Assembly (NCBI GenBank): GCA_964434935.1
Contig: CAYSWS010000005.1
Coordinates: forward strand, 1-52,918
Length of the DNA stretch: 52,918 bases
Direction: 5' to 3'
DNA from: an uncultured Candidatus Saccharibacteria bacterium
GTDB lineage: Bacteria; Patescibacteriota; WWE3; UBA101185; UBA10185
The notes under the pieces are model-generated. The model ran no database searches and had not been told where the DNA came from. It saw only the letters and a program-made list of their open reading frames with translations. Below are positions 11,121 to 21,214 of the stretch, one piece after another (positions within the stretch are counted from its first letter, which is position 1; every line of letters starts with the position of its first letter). The position numbers were made by a program, and so were the translations under genes.

Positions 11121-12260
11121 TCAAGGTAAAGGAGTCTGGCCGGGGTTTTGCGAGAATAAAGCTTTGGCTGTATCCCAGAAGTAGGGATTATCGTTGACGT
11201 ATTTTTCCCAGTACCACCATTCGGCTCCCCAGAAGTAGTAATCCCTAAAACCGGCTTTTTGGGCATAGCTGATGGTGTCCAGGAACTGGTGTCTGGACAT
11301 GGTCTTGTCCTTTTCTTTTTGCGAAAGTTGACTGTTGAGGGCCGGGCCCCAGGGTTCGGCTTGAAGCTCAGTGACAATGATGTTCTGGTGGGGCACCATA
11401 GTAAGGTCCGCCTTTATCTTATAGGTCCAGTGGGCCAAAGGATATTTAAAGTAAATGAAATTTCCCAAAAAGACGTGCCAGAAATCGTACCAAACCTTTC
11501 TATACATGGAAATGCCTAAATAATCTCCCGCTTGGTAGGCAGGAAACCAGAAGCCTCCCTCACCGCTGTCCTGCACTAAGATCGGTCTTTTGTCCAAGGA
11601 CCTCACGATCTCGATCTCTTTAAGGACAGTGTCTTTTTGCAGGAGAGGATTTTGACATTCACCGAACTTAAAGAAAGGCTCGTTCTCTACCTGCCACATG
11701 ACAATATTGTCGTAGTCTTTGAGCGTTTCCGTAGCGATCTTCACATATTCCAGCAGTTCCACATTCTGTACTTGGGGATTGTCCAGTTTTTCCCACCAGG
11801 CAGGTTGGAAGCATTCTGGGTAGCGGGGAACTTTCCTGCCTATGGTCATGATAACGTTAACATCCCTAAGTTCTGCCTGGTCAAGCTGCCAAATGATGTC
11901 CGAAAAATCATATTGGTCGCGCTCAGCTTCTACATCGTCCCAGTAAGCTACAAGTCTTAAATTCTTCACTTCCAGATCGTCCAGCACGCTCAGATAGACA
12001 GTTTTCCAGTTGAGGTCAAGCTGCTTGGCATACTTTTTGCTGAATGTAATGCCATAATTGACGTTCTCTTGGACCTGAGGTCTGTAAATGAAATATATGA
12101 TCAGGGGGGAAAGTAGTAATAAAAGCAGTAGCACACAAAAGACTTTAATAATGTGCAGGGAGAAAAGTTTACGGAATAATTTCTTAGCTGTTCTTAACTC
12201 TCTGACCTCCTCAGTAGTGCGTTTTCTTCTTAATTTGGTAAGTAATTTGGGCAGCTTCAT
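11121..12260 (-). CDS. membrane-anchored clan GH-A glycoside hydrolase (beta-galactosidase/mannanase-like)
   Basis: YW..VE...YDFS, WQVENEP (acid/base), VTELQAEPW (nucleophile), N-terminal TM helix. Confidence 0.7.
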   Translation of the reverse strand: MKLPKLLTKLRRKRTTEEVRELRTAKKLFRKLFSLHIIKVFCVLLLLLLLSPLIIYFIYRPQVQENVNYGITFSKKYAKQLDLNWKTVYLSVLDDLEVKNLRLVAYWDDVEAERDQYDFSDIIWQLDQAELRDVNVIMTIGRKVPRYPECFQPAWWEKLDNPQVQNVELLEYVKIATETLKDYDNIVMWQVENEPFFKFGECQNPLLQKDTVLKEIEIVRSLDKRPILVQDSGEGGFWFPAYQAGDYLGISMYRKVWYDFWHVFLGNFIYFKYPLAHWTYKIKADLTMVPHQNIIVTELQAEPWGPALNSQLSQKEKDKTMSRHQFLDTISYAQKAGFRDYYFWGAEWWYWEKYVNDNPYFWDTAKALFSQNPGQTPLP

Positions 12261-13484
12261 CTACTTATTTATAGTACCACTTTTGCAGATCTTTGCGTAA
12301 GCGTAGAATGACTGTCTGGGCCTTCTCTGCAGGTTATTCTCACGGTCGATCTCCACCAGCCCGAAGCGCGGCCAGAAGCCTTCGTGCCACTCAAAGTTAT
12401 CCAACAAAGACCAATGAAAGTAACCCCTAAGGGGCACGCCTTCCTCCAGCGCCTCAGCACATTGTCCCAGGATCTCTTCCATGTACTTGGTGCGATACTT
12501 GTCTTGAGCGTCCGCCAAGCCGTTTTCGGTGATGTAGATAGGCAAGTGGTACTTTTTCAAACTAAGAAGTACCTTTTTAAGGCCAGAAGCTTCCAACCAC
12601 CAGCCCATATCAGAAACCCTATCATTGGGATTTGCCCTGGGGCTAAAGTATTTAACGTAGTTGGTGAAGTAGTAGTTCAAGCCGAGAACATCCAAGTTCT
12701 TTCTTATTGGCCTCAAAAAATAATCATTATTTAAATATCTAAGCAGCTTGGAGAAAATAGCATCAAGCGGATTTTTATTGTCAGGAGATCTTTGGTACCA
12801 GGATATGTTTTTTACTATACCTACCTTGTGATCTCCAGCACTTTTGATAGCTTTGTATGCTAGATTGTGCGCTCGTATCATGTTGATCTGCACCACGTTT
12901 ACCTTAAATGGATCTCGGCTTTGAGGCGGCCATTTTCCTAACAGAAAAGACATGACGGAATACACTTGGGGCTCATTAATGGTCAGATATACATCCACCA
13001 AGTCCCCAAACTCTTCAGCGCACTTTTTGGCATAACGGGCAAATAGTTTTGGTGTTCTCATGCTTACCCAGCCGCCGCGGTTATACAGCCACACCGGATT
13101 TGTGAAATGATGCAGGGTGACAAATGTCTTTAAGCCTCTATCTTTGGCTGCCTTGATCATTTTTTTGTAATGGTTCAGCTCCTTTTGATCGAACATGCCG
13201 GGTGCCGGCTCTATCCTAGCCCACTCCACACCAAATCTGATGGCGTTGTTGTTCAGCTGCACGGCCAGATCGAAATCTTCTTCATATCTATGATAAGAAT
13301 CGCAGGCCTCCAGACTGGGTTCAAGTGGCCACTGCGCTTTGCCAAAACTCAGTGCGACTTGCTCTTTCCCGCGGTTGCGGTGCTCCCACAACCACCAGTC
13401 GCTGTTTAGGTTGTTACCTTCTATTTGGTAGGCAGAAGTAGCCGTTCCCCATAAGAAATCTTTGGGAAATGTATAGCTGCTCAT
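12261..13484 (-). CDS. glycoside hydrolase family 1 (beta-glucosidase)
   Basis: FPKDFLWGTATSAYQIEG, TINEP, LGLNYY, YITENG, WSLLDNFEW. Confidence 0.95.
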   Translation of the reverse strand: MSSYTFPKDFLWGTATSAYQIEGNNLNSDWWLWEHRNRGKEQVALSFGKAQWPLEPSLEACDSYHRYEEDFDLAVQLNNNAIRFGVEWARIEPAPGMFDQKELNHYKKMIKAAKDRGLKTFVTLHHFTNPVWLYNRGGWVSMRTPKLFARYAKKCAEEFGDLVDVYLTINEPQVYSVMSFLLGKWPPQSRDPFKVNVVQINMIRAHNLAYKAIKSAGDHKVGIVKNISWYQRSPDNKNPLDAIFSKLLRYLNNDYFLRPIRKNLDVLGLNYYFTNYVKYFSPRANPNDRVSDMGWWLEASGLKKVLLSLKKYHLPIYITENGLADAQDKYRTKYMEEILGQCAEALEEGVPLRGYFHWSLLDNFEWHEGFWPRFGLVEIDRENNLQRRPRQSFYAYAKICKSGTINK

Positions 13485-13525
13485 ATGAATAGTATACAAT
13501 CACGAGGGATATTTTACTTTTAGAT

Positions 13526-14347
13526 CTAGCGCTCTATAATCTGGCCGCTGGGCTCGTCATAACATTGGGGCACCATTTCCACCGGGAAGTCATAGGGCTC
13601 TATATCAGCACAGTAAATAACACCATTCCCGTCGAAGACCAACGCCCACTCGCCGTTCTCATCTTTGGCGGCGAGGAAAGCGCCCACATTTCCGGGTGTG
13701 GGCTGCTCCTCGTCAGGCTCAATGAATTGCACGCTGCCGGAAATATGATTGGGTGTACTCTGAATGATATCCACGTAAACGGTGGAAACGTCTCTTTGAT
13801 ATTTTTCGGAGAAAAGTGTTTTTACGATATTTTCTTGGGCTGTTTTTTGCAGACCTTCCAGATCGAGCAGTCCGCAGTTTATTAGTATTTGAGATGCAGG
13901 AATAGGGATATTTACCAGGCAAGCCACTCCAGTTTTATAAAAACCATATATTTGAGCCTCGTCTCCCAGAGCTAGATTATAGGCGTCTTGCTCAAAGCCA
14001 TTTTGTTCGAATACGGCCAGCACGGCATCCTGTGTGAGGTCGTCTGCTTGTTCAAGGGTCAGGCCTTGGCCCAAGACCTCAATTTTTTCATTTTCCGTGT
14101 TCCATGAAAAATCAGTATTTCCTAGGTCAAGACGGTCCAGATTTAATGCCTGCCCCATGAGCTTGAACCAGTCCTCGACCCGCGTATCCGCCGGCTCTTC
14201 AGGCAAACGGACCGATTGGGTTTCGGGAATAACTTCTTTATCATCACTTTTTAATTTAAAATTTGCTTGGGAAATCATGTAGATGCCACCGGCACCCACA
14301 AAGATAATGAGGAGGGCAGTTATCAAAGCTGCGATTTTAGTTTTCAT
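13526..14347 (-). CDS. exported or membrane-anchored hypothetical protein
   Basis: N-terminal hydrophobic segment, acidic 273-aa ORF with two Cys pairs. Confidence 0.7.
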   Translation of the reverse strand: MKTKIAALITALLIIFVGAGGIYMISQANFKLKSDDKEVIPETQSVRLPEEPADTRVEDWFKLMGQALNLDRLDLGNTDFSWNTENEKIEVLGQGLTLEQADDLTQDAVLAVFEQNGFEQDAYNLALGDEAQIYGFYKTGVACLVNIPIPASQILINCGLLDLEGLQKTAQENIVKTLFSEKYQRDVSTVYVDIIQSTPNHISGSVQFIEPDEEQPTPGNVGAFLAAKDENGEWALVFDGNGVIYCADIEPYDFPVEMVPQCYDEPSGQIIER

Positions 14348-14350
14348 CCG

Positions 14351-14527
14351 TTATTTTTCTTTGGACAGAAACTGCAAAAACATTATGGCGTATACGATCA
14401 CGCTGAAAAAGAGCGCAACCCAGCCATACATGATTAAGCCCTCATTATTGGATCTGATAGCATCCAGGGACATAACGTCCACGGCTATCAGAACTAACAG
14501 TGATACAGGCAGTATTAATTTCTTCAC
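14351..14527 (-). CDS. small two-TM membrane protein
   Basis: GTG start shortly after TATAAT; two hydrophobic helices; abuts the next gene. Confidence 0.5.
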   Translation of the reverse strand: MKKLILPVSLLVLIAVDVMSLDAIRSNNEGLIMYGWVALFFSVIVYAIMFLQFLSKEK

Positions 14528-14552
14528 GGATATATTATATAGATTTTTTAGG

Positions 14553-14621
14553 AGAAAAGTAAACACCCAGCCAAAATTCGTATTGCACAACCTTTGCAGG
14601 TTGACGAATCTGGGCTGGGTG
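14553..14621 (-). terminator. long imperfect hairpin terminator
   Basis: CACCCAGCC...GGCTGGGTG outer stem with ATTCGT/ACGAAT and AACCT/AGGTT inner stems, followed by a T-rich tract on the minus strand. Confidence 0.65.
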
Positions 14622-14631
14622 GTAAAGGGGG

Positions 14632-14961
14632 TTAGGGGTTATGAAGGCGGACTTCGCTTCCATATATATACCCTTTTTTGAACTCACCGTTTTCGCAGGG
14701 GAAGCTGCTTCCCGATAAAGGTTTTACGGTGAGGGTTTGTTCCTGGTGGGTCGATCCTTCTCTGTGTAGCACAGTACCAATAGAGCTCACCACAGCGATT
14801 GTGTCAATAGTGACCTTGCAACTGTCGTAGCTGCCGGGATTGATGACAGAACCTTTTCTGATGAAAACTGTGTCTCCACTTTCGTAACCTAAAAATGGTT
14901 TACCACATGACGACAAGACAATGGTGATCATGGCCAGGAGAACAAAAAGCGCCCTTTTCAT
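14632..14961 (-). CDS. putative lipoprotein (ORFan)
   Basis: MKRALFVLLAMITIVLSSC lipobox; GGAGG SD. Confidence 0.7.
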   Translation of the reverse strand: MKRALFVLLAMITIVLSSCGKPFLGYESGDTVFIRKGSVINPGSYDSCKVTIDTIAVVSSIGTVLHREGSTHQEQTLTVKPLSGSSFPCENGEFKKGYIYGSEVRLHNP

Positions 14962-15015
14962 TTTAGGCCTCCAATTTGAGATAAACGAAGATAGCGCCAA
15001 TTCCGACTAGCAATA

Positions 15016-15044
15016 ATTATACCCTATAGTACTAAAAGGGTCAA
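15016..15044 (-). promoter_or_regulatory. sigma70 promoter
   Basis: TTGACC-17bp-TATAAT on the minus strand. Confidence 0.75.
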
Positions 15045-15051
15045 GATGAAG

Positions 15052-16416
15052 TTAGAGGAAAAAGTAGCCTAAAAAGCTAGCCAGGATAACAAATAATGAG
15101 GCAAATAACAGTTTTATGGAAAACTCTTTTTTAGCTTGCGCGAGCGAGAACACACATTTACTAAGTAGGTTTGTGGCGTTGACAAAAAGCAGAACCAGCA
15201 GCGCCGCCTGAGGAGAAATGACTTTACCGGCCAGCTCAGCTAAGTTGATCACCACCGCGTGTATGCCTGAAAGAGAAGCAATTATAGAAGTAGTCAAAAA
15301 GCCTGATTGTCCCCACAAAATAAGAGCGGATTTAGTGAATATTCTTACCAGAATCAGCAGTATGCCAAAACTAAAGGCGTGCTTGATGGAAAAAACTTCT
15401 TTTTCACCCAGATAGCAGAAACTTCCCTCCTGGCCTTCTGCTATGACCATCATCTTTTTTCTGTCCTTAAGATGGAAAAAAAGAGTGGTGATAATGGTGG
15501 AAATGATTATGACCATGAGCACCGGTGTTATGGAGGCCAGCCAGCGGCTGTTCAGGGGTGCCAGCAGGAAAAATATCTGAAAAAAGCTGGTCAGATTGGC
15601 AATAGTGGCGGCGGTGACAAGTTCGTTGACGTTGGGGTCCGTTTTGCTGCGGTGAGCCAGGGATTGTATGGTCGAAGTAGACGAAACAAATCCCCCTACG
15701 GCACTGGTCATGAGCACGCCTTTGTTCTTGCCCAATATCTTAGCCAGCACGTGCCCAAAAATGTCTATGCCGGTGATCAAGGCCACAATGAACCAAAGCC
15801 TGAAAGGATTTATGATCTCCAGTTGTTCGAAAAAGCCCATATTGGCGTGATAGGCTTCCAGCACTTTGCGTATGGACTGGGAATCGGCCAGATGGTACGA
15901 ATGATTGGGCAAGAAAGGTAGTATGACCAGAGCAATGATGGCAAAGCCTATGAAAGCATTGATTTCCGATCTTTTTACTCCCAGCACAAAGGAATGGCTC
16001 TTCTCTTTCAAGGATAAAATAAGTTCAATAACGATGCTTATGGCAATGACCAGCTGAATGGGCATGATGTTCGAAGTGACAAAGTAGCCGATCAAAAATG
16101 AAAAGACGGCCCCTAGCTCTGTGGTCAGTCCCATGGATTTGATCATCCAGCCCCCCACGCCGTAATAAATAAAAATAAGAACAAAAAAAGAAACGGTGAT
16201 GATGACGGAAAGGCTATTATATCCGAATAAAAATAACAGGCCTGATATAGCTCCCAGCAGCGAAATGAGCGAATACGTCCTAATACCCCAGGTGTCGCCT
16301 CTGGCCATGTATTTTTCTTTCTCCTCTGTACCTGGTGCTGAGCCTCTTTCTAAACCTATCATGCCTCCCAAAACAATAGCCAACAGGAGTTTTAAGGGCA
16401 GGGCAAGGGTTTCCAT
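15052..16416 (-). CDS. MgtC/SapB family membrane protein (DUF4010-type)
   Basis: GGMIGLER..GIRTY, GLTTE, ILPFLPN, GGFVSSTS. Confidence 0.85.
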   Translation of the reverse strand: METLALPLKLLLAIVLGGMIGLERGSAPGTEEKEKYMARGDTWGIRTYSLISLLGAISGLLFLFGYNSLSVIITVSFFVLIFIYYGVGGWMIKSMGLTTELGAVFSFLIGYFVTSNIMPIQLVIAISIVIELILSLKEKSHSFVLGVKRSEINAFIGFAIIALVILPFLPNHSYHLADSQSIRKVLEAYHANMGFFEQLEIINPFRLWFIVALITGIDIFGHVLAKILGKNKGVLMTSAVGGFVSSTSTIQSLAHRSKTDPNVNELVTAATIANLTSFFQIFFLLAPLNSRWLASITPVLMVIIISTIITTLFFHLKDRKKMMVIAEGQEGSFCYLGEKEVFSIKHAFSFGILLILVRIFTKSALILWGQSGFLTTSIIASLSGIHAVVINLAELAGKVISPQAALLVLLFVNATNLLSKCVFSLAQAKKEFSIKLLFASLFVILASFLGYFFL

Positions 16417-16462
16417 GTTTTAACTATAGAAGAGTGGGCGAAGTTTGTCTATCAAGCTTGCG

Positions 16463-17860
16463 CTATCTAACCAGCCCGGCTACAGCGTTAACCAGCTCCT
16501 GGTTGCTGAAGTATTTGAATAATTCCTGCTGCCAGTTGGCGTCGTTTATGTTTACGTTTGGTTCTACACCCCGGCCCTCAATGGGCAGACTGTCATCACG
16601 TAAGGTCAAGCTGTGTACCAGTAAAGCAGAGTAAGTTTCGTTATCCGGGTCTATTTGGTTGTTGATCTTGAAGACAGCTTCAACCGTGCCCCAACCTTTG
16701 GTAGGTACACCTACCAGGGTGCCAACATTGTACTTTTTCAATGTGGCAGCAAAAACCTCTCCGGATGATTGGACCTGATCATCAATGAGTACTACCACTT
16801 TTTTATACCTGACCAAGCTGGGGAGCCAGCCGGTCTTGGTGATGAAGTCTTGCTTTTCTCCGCGCTTGAAGAATTGATAAGCATACTGATTTTGTCCGAT
16901 AAAAGGCCCCAAAAAGTAGGGCAGGCCGTCAATGGCGCCACCAATGTTGCCCCGCAGGTCTATGATCAAGGTATCCAGAACATCTCCCTGATCATACTTT
17001 TCCATCACCCTGTTGAGCTCATCCACGGTGGTGGGTGAGAACTTGGTGATGTGAATGTAGGCTATCCTGGGTGAGATGAGCCGGTTCTCGATGGTGGGAT
17101 TGGCGCCCGATTCATCATAAACTTGTTTGTTCCCCGCATCTCCCAGCACTTCTTTAGCCCTTTCAACTTGAGCTTTTTCCTGCTGTACTTCAGGAGTTTG
17201 CTCTTTCTGGTTCAGTTCAGTGATTTTTTGGGCGTAGGCGTCGGCTACTTGTTCGGGAGTGGCATCTTTGGTCACATCAAGGGCTTTATAATGGTCGGCA
17301 TTGGGATCGATATTCTTGACGGTGTCGGACAGAGCTTGCTGTTTTTGTGATGTGTAAAGGCGGCTGCGGCCAAAAGGCTCCAGATTTGCCAGTACAATGT
17401 CCGCCACTTTGGTGATGAACTCCTTTTTTTCTTCATCTGTCATGTTCTCCATGGTCTTTTGCAGCAACAGCCTGGTATCGTTCTTGGTCAGGGGCTTGGT
17501 TTCCGGTTCTTGTTCCGTAACTTTTTGCACGGCCAGAGTAGTGATGTTGGACAGTTGCTCGTCACTAAGCTTATTCCAGTAGTTGTTCATGATCAGATCG
17601 TATACTTCGAAAAAGAAAGCAGTGTATTTGTCATCGTCACTATTTTGAGCACCTGTTCCGTCAAAAATGTCTTTGGCCGGCAATACACTTTCCCAATTAT
17701 TGCCAAAAGGCGACCTTCTGCCTAACACGGAAACAACACCCACAAGCAAAATGGCTATCAAAGTAACGAGCTGTTTTCTGGGTATATTTACTTTAACTAG
17801 CTTGGGAAGCTTCAATTTGATCGGCGGCAGTTTGATATTAGGTTTCTTTAGCATTTTCAT
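16463..17860 (-). CDS. S41-family (CtpA-like) peptidase homologue with an inserted J-like domain
   Basis: IAYIHITKF, LIIDLRGNIGG, VVVLID...SSGEVFA, IEGRGVEPNV; DHYKALDV...AKEVLGD...YD segment. Confidence 0.8.
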   Translation of the reverse strand: MKMLKKPNIKLPPIKLKLPKLVKVNIPRKQLVTLIAILLVGVVSVLGRRSPFGNNWESVLPAKDIFDGTGAQNSDDDKYTAFFFEVYDLIMNNYWNKLSDEQLSNITTLAVQKVTEQEPETKPLTKNDTRLLLQKTMENMTDEEKKEFITKVADIVLANLEPFGRSRLYTSQKQQALSDTVKNIDPNADHYKALDVTKDATPEQVADAYAQKITELNQKEQTPEVQQEKAQVERAKEVLGDAGNKQVYDESGANPTIENRLISPRIAYIHITKFSPTTVDELNRVMEKYDQGDVLDTLIIDLRGNIGGAIDGLPYFLGPFIGQNQYAYQFFKRGEKQDFITKTGWLPSLVRYKKVVVLIDDQVQSSGEVFAATLKKYNVGTLVGVPTKGWGTVEAVFKINNQIDPDNETYSALLVHSLTLRDDSLPIEGRGVEPNVNINDANWQQELFKYFSNQELVNAVAGLVR

Positions 17861-17937
17861 ACATTAAATACTATAACATACAGTACAAGCATTTAAAGGG
17901 GGTTTAAACACGCGATTCTCGTAGCGGTAAATGCAAT

Positions 17938-18510
17938 TTACCGGCTGTAAAGTCCTACAAGTTCGGAATAACCAAGAATGTGTCCTTCAATATAGTCCAA
18001 CAGCTCTTCTTTGTTGGTACTCTCGGTCAAGCCGATCTTGGTGTCTACAGCGTAAAGTTTGAAAAAATATCTGTGTGTGCCGGAGGGAGGGCACGGGCCG
18101 CCATACGTGGGATCTCCAAAATCAGTCGTGCCCTCTATGGCATCTTGAGGTAAAGAATCTTCATCAACGCCTTTTTCTTGCGGCGATATATTAAACACCA
18201 GCCAATGCACCCAAGTGCCCATGGAGGCATCGGGGTCATCAACGATCAAAGCTAGGCTTTGTGTACCTTCAGGAACGTTCTCAAAAGTTAATGGCGGGTT
18301 TACATCAGCGCCATCACAAGTGTACTTAACAGGAATCGGCTGGTTATTGGAAAATGCAGGACTGGTAATTTTCATTTGACTGCTGTTTACTGAATTATTT
18401 ACTTTTTCCAGAGGGGTTGTGGTCGTAGTGACATTGGCCCCTAAGTAAAAGTATACCACCATTAGTAAAAAGACAACCAGTATTGGAATGGAATAAAGCT
18501 TTTTGGGCAT
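17938..18510 (-). CDS. YbhB/YbcL (PEBP) family protein
   Basis: SLALIVDDPDA..WVHW, YGGPCPPSGTHRYFFKLYA. Confidence 0.93.
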   Translation of the reverse strand: MPKKLYSIPILVVFLLMVVYFYLGANVTTTTTPLEKVNNSVNSSQMKITSPAFSNNQPIPVKYTCDGADVNPPLTFENVPEGTQSLALIVDDPDASMGTWVHWLVFNISPQEKGVDEDSLPQDAIEGTTDFGDPTYGGPCPPSGTHRYFFKLYAVDTKIGLTESTNKEELLDYIEGHILGYSELVGLYSR

Positions 18511-18511
18511 G

Positions 18512-18835
18512 CTACAAGATGGCCAAGGTTATTATCAACAGCCCTACGAAAAAAGCCAGCCAGCCGGCTGTGTAAGTTACCAATTTTATGGCTCCTTTGG
18601 TATCTTTTTTATCCCAGAACAATATTACCGGGTATCCAAAAGCTAGAAGAGCGCAGATAAGTACGGAAGCTACCAGCAATGCTAGTACCAAAAGAGGCCC
18701 GAGAAAACTTTTTACAGGACCAAATACTTCGCTGCCTGTCCACATAAATACTCCCACTAGAGAACAGTAGCAAAAGATAGCTATGGCTTGGAGAAAACCT
18801 ATAAAGGATAAAGAGAACTTTTCCAATGGTTTCAT
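18512..18835 (-). CDS. hypothetical three-TM membrane protein
   Basis: 107-aa hydrophobic ORF tightly packed with its neighbours. Confidence 0.7.
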   Translation of the reverse strand: MKPLEKFSLSFIGFLQAIAIFCYCSLVGVFMWTGSEVFGPVKSFLGPLLVLALLVASVLICALLAFGYPVILFWDKKDTKGAIKLVTYTAGWLAFFVGLLIITLAIL

Positions 18836-18853
18836 AATGGGTAAATTATATCA

Positions 18854-19381
18854 CTAGAGAGAAAAGGATATGCGATCGCCCTGTGCCAGACCATGCTCTA
18901 TGGACCAGCCGCCGTTGAGTTCTAGCACGTACTGGGCCGGATAAGGCGTACCGTAGGTTGGACATGGAGTTTTTTGGCAGGGGGGAGCGCTGTGCTCAAT
19001 GTGCACCACTTCTTTGTTGGCGTTGATCCAGATCATGTCCAAAGGAATTAGAGTATTTTTCATCCAGTAGGTTTGTCTGCTCTCATTGCTGTAAACAAAA
19101 AGCATGCCCTCATTTTCCGGAAGATCTTTTCTATACATTAAGCCCTGGGCTTTTTCCGACATGGAGTCTGCTACCTCAATACGCACCACCACGCCTTTGA
19201 TCTCTATGGCGAGCTTATTGTCCTCTGGGGTTTTTGATCTTGGTGAGTATAGAATTATCGAAAATACCAAAACTATGGCAATTATGATGAACTTATTTTT
19301 CTTAAGAAATTCCAAAGGCTTGTTCTTGGGCTCCGGCAGGCGAAGTACTAGTTTTTTCAGATCGTTCAATAGTTTCATCAA
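18854..19381 (-). CDS. DUF192 family protein
   Basis: EVAD..EKAQGLMYR..GMLF..WMKNTLIPLDMIWI..YVLELNGG. Confidence 0.9.
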   Translation of the reverse strand: MMKLLNDLKKLVLRLPEPKNKPLEFLKKNKFIIIAIVLVFSIILYSPRSKTPEDNKLAIEIKGVVVRIEVADSMSEKAQGLMYRKDLPENEGMLFVYSNESRQTYWMKNTLIPLDMIWINANKEVVHIEHSAPPCQKTPCPTYGTPYPAQYVLELNGGWSIEHGLAQGDRISFSL

Positions 19382-19393
19382 GAGTAAATTGTA

Positions 19394-20062
19394 TCAAACT
19401 TTTTGTATAAGTTCCTTGTCTTGATTTCTGGGGCTGTTCACCCTAGTAGACACGATAAAGGCTTCCATTTTATTTTCCGGGAAAGGCTTTAATAGTTTTA
19501 TTAAGCTCTCTTCCGGAGCTTCCTTCTCCAGCCAAAGTTCTTCCTGCTTTTTTTTAAGAATGACCGGCATTCGGTTATGAATGGGCTGCATAAGTTCATT
19601 AGGCGAGGTTGTTATAATGGAAAAAGTCTTGAATTCTTTACCTTCCACATCTTTCCACACATCAAAAATACCGGCAAAGGAAAATATCTCCCGGCTTTTC
19701 ATCTGTATGAGGTGCGGTACCTTACCCGCCTTGGTTGGCTGCCATTCGTAAAATCCCGTAGCGGGAACTAAGCAGCGTTTGTTCCGAAAAGATGCTCTAA
19801 AACCTGGTTTTTGCGCTACAGTTTCTGCGCGGGCATTAATTAATTTATAACCGATCTTGGGGTCTTTGGCCCAGTGTGGTATCAGCCCCCACTTCATGAT
19901 CTCAATCGCGTTGGGAGAATTTCCGGTGATTACCGGTACAAGAAACCCGGGAGCTATGTTGTACATGGTTTTGATCTCAAGCTGGATCTTCTTGGAGGCC
20001 TCAATGTCATACCTCTTATAAAGTTTTCTTGGTTCTTCGGTAAATATGTATCTTCCGCACAT
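19394..20062 (-). CDS. SOS response-associated peptidase (SRAP/YedK/HMCES; abasic-site protection)
   Basis: MCGRY N-terminus, YNIAP, WGLIP, INARAET, RCLVPATGFYEW, IHNRMPVIL. Confidence 0.95.
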   Translation of the reverse strand: MCGRYIFTEEPRKLYKRYDIEASKKIQLEIKTMYNIAPGFLVPVITGNSPNAIEIMKWGLIPHWAKDPKIGYKLINARAETVAQKPGFRASFRNKRCLVPATGFYEWQPTKAGKVPHLIQMKSREIFSFAGIFDVWKDVEGKEFKTFSIITTSPNELMQPIHNRMPVILKKKQEELWLEKEAPEESLIKLLKPFPENKMEAFIVSTRVNSPRNQDKELIQKV

Positions 20063-20122
20063 GGGCATATTCTACCAAAGAATGTGATTGAATAAATCCC
20101 AAATAAGTGCCATAATCCAGGT

Positions 20123-20815
20123 ATGAAAAAAGCAATACTAATTCCTATTTTGTTAGTTATATTAATTTTGCTATTCCTCTTCTTCTTTTTTGGTAAGTCC
20201 AAGAAATCGGATACGCTCGTAGCGCCAACTGCTGATAGCTCAATGCAAGCAGAGGACAGCGGTCTAAGCAGCTTTACCGGTAATTTGATGGACGTGCTGA
20301 AAATGGGTAAAGCAGTTAAATGTACAGCTAGCTTTTCCGATGAGAATGGCAGTTCAGACATGACACTTTACACAGCCGGGCAAAAGTCTTATTCGGAAAT
20401 GACCACGGACATGGGCGGTGAAGGAAAGATGACCTTCTATTCCATTTACGATGGTGAGTACATGTATACCTGGAACGACGAAGGAGCTGGTACAAAGATG
20501 AAAGTGGCGGATATAGAAGAGCTAGGCAAAGATGTTCCTGCCGCCGAAGGGCAGCCATCAGGGGAAGCCGAGAACAACAAAGCTTTGCAGCAGAACATAG
20601 ATTATAAATGTAGTAATTGGAAAGCTGATAATAGCATGTTCACTCCGCCAAGCGGTGTGGAATTTGTGGATATGGCGCAAACCATGAAAGATCTCAACGA
20701 AGCTATGGATTCAGGCGACATGGAAAACGTCATGGATTCAGGCTGTGCAGCCTGCGATCTTATTCCGGATGCAGCAGGAAAAGCCGAGTGTAAAGCAAAT
20801 CTCAGCTGTGAATAA
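20123..20815 (+). CDS. exported hypothetical protein
   Basis: signal/TM helix, Cys-containing C-terminus (CAAC..C...C). Confidence 0.75.
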   Translation: MKKAILIPILLVILILLFLFFFFGKSKKSDTLVAPTADSSMQAEDSGLSSFTGNLMDVLKMGKAVKCTASFSDENGSSDMTLYTAGQKSYSEMTTDMGGEGKMTFYSIYDGEYMYTWNDEGAGTKMKVADIEELGKDVPAAEGQPSGEAENNKALQQNIDYKCSNWKADNSMFTPPSGVEFVDMAQTMKDLNEAMDSGDMENVMDSGCAACDLIPDAAGKAECKANLSCE

Positions 20816-20834
20816 TTAAAAAACTAAATAAAAG

Positions 20835-21086
20835 TTATTCGACCAAATAAACCTCGTCGCCCTCTCTGACCTTGTCCTTGACCTTTACGCCTACCTCCTG
20901 GCTGGTTTCTGCCGCCTCAATGTTCTCGTGGTTGTTTTGCATCTCCTCAATTTCCTGTTCAAAATCAGTAGTGGAGCCCATGATTCTGACTGTTTGGCCA
21001 ACCCTCAAGGTATCGGAAAGCTTTATTATTCCCACACCAATGTTGCTATAAAAATGTGTAATGACACCGATCTTTGTTTCTGCCAT
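20835..21086 (-). CDS. small beta-barrel protein (translation-factor domain II / peptidase U32 C-terminal-like)
   Basis: IGVITHFYSNIGVGII..G.TTDFEQ..VGVKV...VREGD.VY; AGGAGGT SD. Confidence 0.75.
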   Translation of the reverse strand: MAETKIGVITHFYSNIGVGIIKLSDTLRVGQTVRIMGSTTDFEQEIEEMQNNHENIEAAETSQEVGVKVKDKVREGDEVYLVE

Positions 21087-21129
21087 TTAAATAAACACCT
21101 CCTTTGACGTTATTATATCAATAAATGGG

Positions 21130-21180
21130 AAAAAGGGGCGGGGCGTCCATCCAAAAGAGATGAAGTGGAGGGACGCCCCT
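21130..21180 (-). terminator. hairpin terminator
   Basis: GGGGCGTCC...GGACGCCCC with a T tract on the minus strand. Confidence 0.65.
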
Positions 21181-21214
21181 GGTTATTGGGAGTAAGCCGA
21201 ATGCGAAAGCACGA

